64,000 nucleotides of DNA. Source: a bacterium (GTDB taxonomy: Bacteria > Electryoneota > JAOADG01). Shown piece by piece: positions 57,411-64,000 of this stretch. Position 1 is the stretch's first letter. Every line of letters starts with the position of its first letter. A program made the position numbers and the translations under genes. The notes below the pieces were generated by a model. That model did not search any database. It was not told the origin of the DNA and saw nothing but the letters and a program-made list of their open reading frames with translations. The stretch is from the NCBI GenBank assembly GCA_963681965.1, contig OY820579.1, positions 1,824,001-1,888,000 on the forward strand. Reading direction: 5' to 3'.

Positions 57411-60400
57411 ATGAGCGAACGGGAAAACAACCCACCCAAATATTGGTCGACTTTCGAAGAGAAAAACGGTGATCCCGAAGTCGAACGCTTGCGATCGGAA
57501 GAATTTTTCGAAAAGCCGGCTGAAATATTGAATGAAGCAGGTGAAGTCAATTTTACCTTGACGCGACGGAATCTATTGAAGCTGTCGGGAGCAGCAATGG
57601 CTCTTGCCGCTGTCGGATGTGCTCGGAGACCGGTCGAGAAAATTATTCCTTACGTCGTCGCGCCCGAAGAAATTACTCCCGGACTGGCAACATGGTATGC
57701 CAGCACCTGTGCCGGTTGTGCTGCCGGTTGCGGTGTTCTGGTGAAAACCCGTGAAGGGCGACCAATCAAGCTGGAAGGCAATCCCAAACACCCGATCAAC
57801 CATGGTCGATTGTGTGCCCGTGGACAAGCAACAGTGTTGGATTTATACGATCCCGACCGTCTCCAACAACCGATTAAATACGGTCGTGGAAAACAGACTC
57901 CGGAAAATTTAACTCTGGCTCAAGCCGATGAAATTATTGTCGATACGATCAAGAAGAATCGATCGGTTGTACTGGTAACACCGTCTATCAATGGATTGGC
58001 GGCTCGTCGCGCACAGCGTGAATTTCTCACTGCCTATCCCAACGTAAAACTTGTTACATACGATGTTCTCGGTGACGACGATCTGATTCGTGCGCAAGAG
58101 ATCTGTTACGGTACAGCAGCCAAACCCCGCTATCGCTTCGAACAAGCGAATTATTTTCTTATGCTTGGCGCCGATCCCTTTGGAGCGTCATCGTCTCCCG
58201 TCGAAGCAGCCTATGGTTACGGTCAAGCGCGTAAACCCGATAAAGACGGAATGGCAAAACTGGTTGTATTCGAACCGGCGATAACATTAACCGGCGGGAG
58301 TGCCGACGAGCGCTTCTTAATCGAACCGCAATACCTTGCAGCGGTTGGATTTGCGTTAGCGAATGCGTTGATGCAAGCGGGTCTTGGACTTTTCGAAAAA
58401 TCCGAAGACAATCAAAAACTGCGTGCGAAACTTGCACAATTCGCGCCGGAAAAGATTGAAAAGCAAGCCGGGCTATCGGATGGTTTGATCAAGCGCATTG
58501 CCAAGGAACTTCAAAAATATCGTGGCAAATCGTTGGTGATAGGTGGCAGTACTGCCGTACAGAATCACAATTCGCTTCAACTTCAAATTGCCGTCAATAT
58601 CCTCAATTCAATGCTCGGAAACGAAGGTAAGACTGTCGATGGCGCATTCGTCTATTCCAAGCAACGCACCGGACTATCCGATTCGCTTCGATCGCTGGAA
58701 AACGATTTGCAGAATGGCAATGTCGATGCCGTCATTTTCGCCGGTACGAATCCGGTATACTCGTATTTCAATCTCACATCGTTCAAAGCTGCAACTGTGA
58801 TTACCCTTTCCGATCGAATCGACGAAACAGCGAAACTATCCGACTATGTATTTCCACTCTCGCATGGATTGGAATCGTGGAACGATCACGAACCGCAGAA
58901 TGGAATCTTTGCCGTCCGCCAACCGGCAATCACACCGCTCTATACGACTCGATCGTTGGAAGAGTATTATCTCAATTGGTCGGCTGCAAAGTCGAAATTT
59001 TCTAAACCACCAGTGATCTTGGAATTTATTCAGGAAACCTGGAAACAAACATTCATGAAAGATGCCTCACAACGCGCGTTCCTCGATTGGTGGGATGATC
59101 GGTTGCGAGAAGGGGTCTTTTCCACAGTGAATCCCGACGGTGCAATTAAAACGCGGGCGTTCATCGATTCCGCTCATATTCGACCGCGCAAATCGGGTAC
59201 TCCTGAAATCAAAGATGAAAGTGCAATCGCGCTCATTCCCGATACTACCGAATCGAAACCCGGTAAAAGCGACAATCGTCTTATGTCCGATATCGATCCG
59301 TTGCAATTTATTACCACCCATGAAGTCGAAACATCCGAACTGCAATTGGTACTTCAAACGAATTCGCTTTCGCACAATGGTTCGCAACGGAATAACGCAT
59401 GGCTTTTAGAAACGCCTGATCCGATTTCGAAAATTTCCTGGGACAATGTCTTGGCGATGGCGCCTTCAACTGCAAAGAGATTGGGTTACTCGACCGGTGA
59501 TCTGGTTCGCATCAATGTCGATAAAACGACACTTGATGTACCGATCAATATTCAACCCGGTGTTCATCCCAAGGTTCTAGCTTTAGCGCTGGGATGGGGA
59601 CGCACTTCGGTTGGAAGAATTGGCAACAATGTCGGTGTCAATGGCTTTAAACTAGCACGAGCGATTTCGTTACCGAACGGTCAAAAGAAACGCATTCTAA
59701 GTTCAATCCCGGTAACACTGACGAAAACGACTGAGACACGCAAACTTGCGAATATGCAGGGTCATAATTATCTCGAAGGTCGTCCGATCGTTCAGGAAAC
59801 CACCTTCGATAAATGGCGCGAGAACCCCGCTTCCGGTGGTCGTGGACCGCGTGAATTTGAGTCGATTTGGGGCGCACCACCTCCCAATCTGAATCCAGCT
59901 TCCGGCGAGCCCGTTCGCTGGTGGATGACGATCGATATCAATTCCTGTATCGGTTGCAATGCTTGTGCCGTGGCGTGTCAAGCCGAGAATAATGTTGCTG
60001 TCGTTGGTAAAGAGCAGGTATTACGCGGTCGCGAGATGTCGTGGATTCGCATCGATCGGTATTACTCCGGAGACGACGACAATCCCGAATTGGTATATTC
60101 GCCGATGCTGTGTCAGCAGTGTTCTCATGCCCCCTGTGAGACGGTTTGTCCAGTTGTTGCAACGACTCACAACGACGAAGGAATCAACGTTCAGACTTAC
60201 AATCGGTGTGTTGGCACCCGCTATTGTTCCAATAACTGTCCATACAAAGTGCGCCGCTTCAATTGGCTCGCCGACAACACACAATACAGTCAACGGAATA
60301 TTCAGCATCCGATGGAGATGGTGCTCAATCCCGATGTCACGGTCCGCTCGATCGGTGTCATGGAAAAATGCAATTTCTGCTTGCAGCGTGTACGCGAAGG

Positions 60401-60680
60401 GCACGAGTACCGGAAAGCCAATGGGTTGACTGCGATACCCGACGAGATGGTCAAACCGGCATGTGCACAAACCTGTCCGACACAGGCGATTTCGTTTGGA
60501 AATATTCTCAATAAATCGTCGAAGGTCGCCGAAAAAGCCAAGGATCCGCGCGGGTATCAAGTGTTGGATGAAGTGAATACCCGTCCGGCGATCATATATC
60601 TCCGCAAATTGCGCAATCGCATGCCAAAGTCGTGGGACAATAGCGAACATGAAGCAAACAACAACAAGCATGAAGCGTAA
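57411..60680 (+). CDS. actB: ACIII ActB: Tat-exported molybdopterin-oxidoreductase-like plus Fe-S fusion
   Basis: YWST.EE N-terminus, TRRNLLK Tat motif with Cys, REGRPIKLEGN; CIGCNAC, CQQCSHAPC..VCP, RCVGTRYC.NNCPYKVRRFN, MEKCNFC. Confidence 0.93.
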   Translation: MSERENNPPKYWSTFEEKNGDPEVERLRSEEFFEKPAEILNEAGEVNFTLTRRNLLKLSGAAMALAAVGCARRPVEKIIPYVVAPEEITPGLATWYASTCAGCAAGCGVLVKTREGRPIKLEGNPKHPINHGRLCARGQATVLDLYDPDRLQQPIKYGRGKQTPENLTLAQADEIIVDTIKKNRSVVLVTPSINGLAARRAQREFLTAYPNVKLVTYDVLGDDDLIRAQEICYGTAAKPRYRFEQANYFLMLGADPFGASSSPVEAAYGYGQARKPDKDGMAKLVVFEPAITLTGGSADERFLIEPQYLAAVGFALANALMQAGLGLFEKSEDNQKLRAKLAQFAPEKIEKQAGLSDGLIKRIAKELQKYRGKSLVIGGSTAVQNHNSLQLQIAVNILNSMLGNEGKTVDGAFVYSKQRTGLSDSLRSLENDLQNGNVDAVIFAGTNPVYSYFNLTSFKAATVITLSDRIDETAKLSDYVFPLSHGLESWNDHEPQNGIFAVRQPAITPLYTTRSLEEYYLNWSAAKSKFSKPPVILEFIQETWKQTFMKDASQRAFLDWWDDRLREGVFSTVNPDGAIKTRAFIDSAHIRPRKSGTPEIKDESAIALIPDTTESKPGKSDNRLMSDIDPLQFITTHEVETSELQLVLQTNSLSHNGSQRNNAWLLETPDPISKISWDNVLAMAPSTAKRLGYSTGDLVRINVDKTTLDVPINIQPGVHPKVLALALGWGRTSVGRIGNNVGVNGFKLARAISLPNGQKKRILSSIPVTLTKTTETRKLANMQGHNYLEGRPIVQETTFDKWRENPASGGRGPREFESIWGAPPPNLNPASGEPVRWWMTIDINSCIGCNACAVACQAENNVAVVGKEQVLRGREMSWIRIDRYYSGDDDNPELVYSPMLCQQCSHAPCETVCPVVATTHNDEGINVQTYNRCVGTRYCSNNCPYKVRRFNWLADNTQYSQRNIQHPMEMVLNPDVTVRSIGVMEKCNFCLQRVREGHEYRKANGLTAIPDEMVKPACAQTCPTQAISFGNILNKSSKVAEKAKDPRGYQVLDEVNTRPAIIYLRKLRNRMPKSWDNSEHEANNNKHEA

Positions 60681-60707
60681 GAACAAAACAACCCGAAAAG
60701 GAAGAGA

Positions 60708-62093
60708 ATGAGTACGGTATCACCGACAGCGGAAACACCGCTCATCGCCGAATCGGTGACGATGACCAAAGTCACGGAGACGATCCTTGCTCCAGCCGAA
60801 CGAATGCCCGGAAATGGTTGGTGGGCACTCTTCGTTGTGGCGTTGGGAATGCTCTCGATCGGTTTGTTGAGTGTTGCGATTCAAATGATTCGTGGTGTCG
60901 GCGTTTGGGGTATCACACACCCCATCGGTTGGGCATTCGATATTACTAATTTTGTTTTTTGGGTCGGAATTGGACATGCCGGAACGTTGATTTCGGCAAT
61001 TCTATTCTTACTCCGACAGAAGTGGCGAACCTCGATCAATCGCTCAGCCGAAGCAATGACCATCTTTGCCGTCATCACCGCACTGATGTTTCCTTTGCTG
61101 CACACAGGTCGACCGTGGTTAGCATTCTACTGGTTGATGCCGTATCCCGGTGACCGGTTACTATGGGTCAATTTCCGTAGTCCATTGCTGTGGGATGTGT
61201 TCGCAGTTTCGACCTATTTCACCATCTCACTCTGTTTCTGGTTCACTGGACTCGTGCCCGATATCGCCGCATTACGCGATCGTGCCAAAGGCGTGATTCG
61301 TAAGAAAGTACTATCGATACTTTCACTCGGTTGGACCGGAACCATGCGGCAGTGGGTGCATTTCGAGAAAGCCTATCTCCTCTTTGCCGGACTCGCAACA
61401 CCATTGGTGTTGTCGGTGCATACGATCGTTTCGTTCGACTTTGCGGTCTCAATCGTTCCCGGTTGGCACACCACAATTTTCCCGCCGTATTTCGTAGCAG
61501 GTGCTATTTTCGGTGGCTTCGCGATGGTGATGGTATTACTAGTGCCACTTCGATCGGCATTCGGGCTACAGGAATTTATCACGGTAAAGCATCTTGAGTT
61601 CATGAATAAGATCATGCTCGGTACCGGGATGATGGTCAGCTATGCCTATGCTACCGAATACTTTATGGCGTGGTACAGCGAGAATCAATACGAACGATTC
61701 ATCTTTTCCAATCGCCTGATGGGGCACTATTGGTGGTCGGTCTGGTTGATGATCACTTGCAATACGTTCATTCCGCAACTCTTCTGGTTCAAGCGTTTCC
61801 GCCGCTCAATTCCAGTGATGTTCTTCGTTGCCGTGATGATCAATGTCGGGATGTGGTTCGAACGATTCAATATCATCGTCACCTCGTTATCGCAGGATTT
61901 CTTACCCTCCAATTGGGACTTCTACCATCCGACACGGTATGATTTCGGTGTCACGATCGGTGCGTTCGGCTTGTTCTTCACCCTATTCCTGTTGTTTATT
62001 CGCGTGCTCCCGACACTGTCGCTGGCGGAAGTGAAATCGATTCTGATTAAACCTGCCGGCTCCTTAAAACCGAAGGGAGGACATCATGCTTAA
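60708..62093 (+). CDS. actC: ACIII ActC (NrfD family quinol-binding subunit)
   Basis: [67 protein letters not shown]. Confidence 0.95.
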   Translation: MSTVSPTAETPLIAESVTMTKVTETILAPAERMPGNGWWALFVVALGMLSIGLLSVAIQMIRGVGVWGITHPIGWAFDITNFVFWVGIGHAGTLISAILFLLRQKWRTSINRSAEAMTIFAVITALMFPLLHTGRPWLAFYWLMPYPGDRLLWVNFRSPLLWDVFAVSTYFTISLCFWFTGLVPDIAALRDRAKGVIRKKVLSILSLGWTGTMRQWVHFEKAYLLFAGLATPLVLSVHTIVSFDFAVSIVPGWHTTIFPPYFVAGAIFGGFAMVMVLLVPLRSAFGLQEFITVKHLEFMNKIMLGTGMMVSYAYATEYFMAWYSENQYERFIFSNRLMGHYWWSVWLMITCNTFIPQLFWFKRFRRSIPVMFFVAVMINVGMWFERFNIIVTSLSQDFLPSNWDFYHPTRYDFGVTIGAFGLFFTLFLLFIRVLPTLSLAEVKSILIKPAGSLKPKGGHHA

Positions 62094-62649
62094 GTTGAGC
62101 GAGATGATTTCCCAAATTCTTCCTCCGAAGATAGTGCCGGTGATTATCGGCTATTTCGAGACACCGGAGGATCTGTATACTGCCGCGGTAGATGCCGTTG
62201 CCAAAGGGTATCAAGGGGTCGATGCGATCACACCTTACCCGATCCATGGTCTCGACAAAGCGCTCAAGCTTCCTGATTCATGGATTCCTTACGCAACCCT
62301 TGGCGCTGGATTATTCGGATCTTCGTTCTTTCTCTTCTTCCAGTGGTGGACCAGTGCCGTCGATTATCCGTTGAATGTCGGTGGCAAACCGCTTTTTTCC
62401 TGGCCGGCGTTTGCGCCAGTCACATTCGAAGGGGGCGAATTGTTAGCAGGAACGACTACGTTAGCCGCACTATTGATCACAGCGTATTTCTGTCGACCAC
62501 ACGCGATTATCAAAAATCAACTCGATCCCCGATTGACCAACGACCGTTTCGCTTTGATCGTGCCACTGCACAATCCGAGCGAATCCGCATCGATCGAATC
62601 ATTTCTGAAAGGACACGGCGCCGATGAAATCAGCCTGCTCCCTGTCTGA
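62086..62649 (+). CDS. actD: ACIII ActD (DUF3341)
   Basis: [39 protein letters not shown]. Confidence 0.9.
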   Translation: MLKLSEMISQILPPKIVPVIIGYFETPEDLYTAAVDAVAKGYQGVDAITPYPIHGLDKALKLPDSWIPYATLGAGLFGSSFFLFFQWWTSAVDYPLNVGGKPLFSWPAFAPVTFEGGELLAGTTTLAALLITAYFCRPHAIIKNQLDPRLTNDRFALIVPLHNPSESASIESFLKGHGADEISLLPV

Positions 62650-63301
62650 TCGTACCGCAGTCCGGTGGTCGATTGCCCTGCTGTTGATTCTCTCGACAAT
62701 ACTGTCGCTGTCCGGATGCCGCGACAACAGTCAGACCAAACTCGAATATGCCCCGCAGATGTATCGGAGTCCCGCCTACAAGGCACAACGCTACGATCCG
62801 GATGCACCAACCCTGTCGACGATGCGAACGCCGCCAGTGGGCGCTGTACCCGTTAATTTCGAACCGTATCGCTTGACGTTAGCCGATTCGGCTTTGCAGG
62901 ATCAGATGCTGAATCCGTTACCACGTACCGAAGAAGTTCTCAATATCGGTCGGAAGTATTACAACATTTACTGCATTGTCTGTCACGGTCCCAAGGGTGA
63001 CGGCATGGGCTACATCGTTCCGAAAGGATTGCCGGTGCCTCCTTCGTACATAACCGGCGCAACCCGGCAGTGGGGTGATGGTCGGATTTTCCATCTGATT
63101 ACCCGTGGTCGCGGCAATATGTCCAGTTATGCGGCGCAATTGAATCCTGAGCAACGCTGGGCGGTTGTCCATTATATCCGCGCCCTGCAACGTGCCGGTA
63201 ATCCGTCCGATGCCGATCTCCAGAAATTCCGGAGCAGCGGTTTCGATGCGAAAAACGATTTACCCGATACTTCGATCGTAACTACGATCGCCGACAAATA
63301 G
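62624..63301 (+). CDS. actE: ACIII ActE monoheme cytochrome c lipoprotein
   Basis: Lipobox LSG-C, MRTPP, NPLP, YCIVCHG.KGDG.G, G.G.M.SY, RWAVVHYIR. Confidence 0.9.
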   Translation: MKSACSLSDRTAVRWSIALLLILSTILSLSGCRDNSQTKLEYAPQMYRSPAYKAQRYDPDAPTLSTMRTPPVGAVPVNFEPYRLTLADSALQDQMLNPLPRTEEVLNIGRKYYNIYCIVCHGPKGDGMGYIVPKGLPVPPSYITGATRQWGDGRIFHLITRGRGNMSSYAAQLNPEQRWAVVHYIRALQRAGNPSDADLQKFRSSGFDAKNDLPDTSIVTTIADK

Positions 63302-63320
63302 CGCTACGGAGATTGTGTCC

Positions 63321-64000
63321 ATGTCTTTGCACGAATCAAATATTACCGAAGTGATCGATCCCGGACCGTGGCGGATTGCGAAGAAATTCGATTACTATTT
63401 ACTGGCGATGGTCGCGATCGGTGCGATCCTCTGGCTCATCGGTTGGCGTATCAACCCGCTTCGCGGTTGGTCGGCGTACCTGATCAATTTTCTCTTCGTT
63501 CTATTCCTTACGCTCTCCGGCGTCTTCTTCACCGCGCTGGAATATGTCACCAATGCCGATTGGTCGACAGCGCTACGCCGTATCCCCGAAGGGATCGCGT
63601 CGTTTCTTCCGTTTACGTTGATCTTCATGGCGATCTTCGCCATCGCCGTACCGTCGCTCTATAGCTGGCATGCCGACTGGGTGAATCCGGAGGGTCTGAC
63701 CCGCGCGGTAACCCGTACGAAAGTGACGTGGCTCTCGCAACCGTTTTTTACCATCCGGAATCTGGCATTCATCATCATCTGGTCACTGCTCGGTTGGGCT
63801 ATCGTTCGCAATAGTCTCAAGCAGGACAATGCCACCTTGCCGCATCTATCGCGGGTCAATGCGAAATTAGCGATCGCGTTCATGATCCTCTATGCACTTT
63901 CGTTTTCCGTTGCGAGTTACGATCTGCTGATGTCGCTAGAACCGAATTGGTATTCGACCATGTTCGGCGTCTACACGTTTATCGGGATGTTTCAGAGCGG
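63321..64000 (+). CDS. actF: ACIII ActF membrane subunit (runs off the window)
   Basis: Hand-translated open frame from ATG 63321: ...AYLINF...ADWSTALRRIPE...SYDLLMSLEPNWYSTMFGVY. Confidence 0.88.
   Translation, partial: MSLHESNITEVIDPGPWRIAKKFDYYLLAMVAIGAILWLIGWRINPLRGWSAYLINFLFVLFLTLSGVFFTALEYVTNADWSTALRRIPEGIASFLPFTLIFMAIFAIAVPSLYSWHADWVNPEGLTRAVTRTKVTWLSQPFFTIRNLAFIIIWSLLGWAIVRNSLKQDNATLPHLSRVNAKLAIAFMILYALSFSVASYDLLMSLEPNWYSTMFGVYTFIGMFQS

Noticed and set aside
57560-57620. Tat motif ~50 residues from the ActB start
   Set aside because: A known feature of ActB-type leaders, not novel

Overview
This is 64 kb of chromosomal DNA from a diderm bacterium. It most plausibly belongs to a non-Bacteroidota FCB-superphylum lineage, because T9SS C-terminal domains, a PorV-family gene and alternative complex III occur together with canonical Shine-Dalgarno sites and sigma70 -35/-10 promoters (inference, not a database placement). 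The left half carries a TatT-type TRAP transporter operon with TPR/DUF3108-like and FabK-like genes, rfbB, a WcaJ-like gene cut off before its catalytic domain, serS, tsaD and recR. It continues with PFOR plus a DHOD-like partner, a REP-containing MITE, cstA, usp, nth, GSIII, aconitase and icd. The most unusual element is a ~16.6 kb seven-gene envelope operon (36035-52625). It encodes a TonB-dependent transporter with a ~370-aa insert rich in Ca-binding-type repeats, no SusD, two T9SS-type cargo proteins flanking their own PorV paralog, and three lipoproteins. Its soluble exported proteins are rich in D-(S/T)-hydrophobic O-glycosylation sequons, and a GT-C-like membrane glycosyltransferase follows directly. 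The window ends in an actABCDEF operon whose ActB retains an FS0 Fe-S cysteine motif. I found no rRNA, tRNA, CRISPR array, prophage or intact transposase. All calls come from motif recognition by eye.
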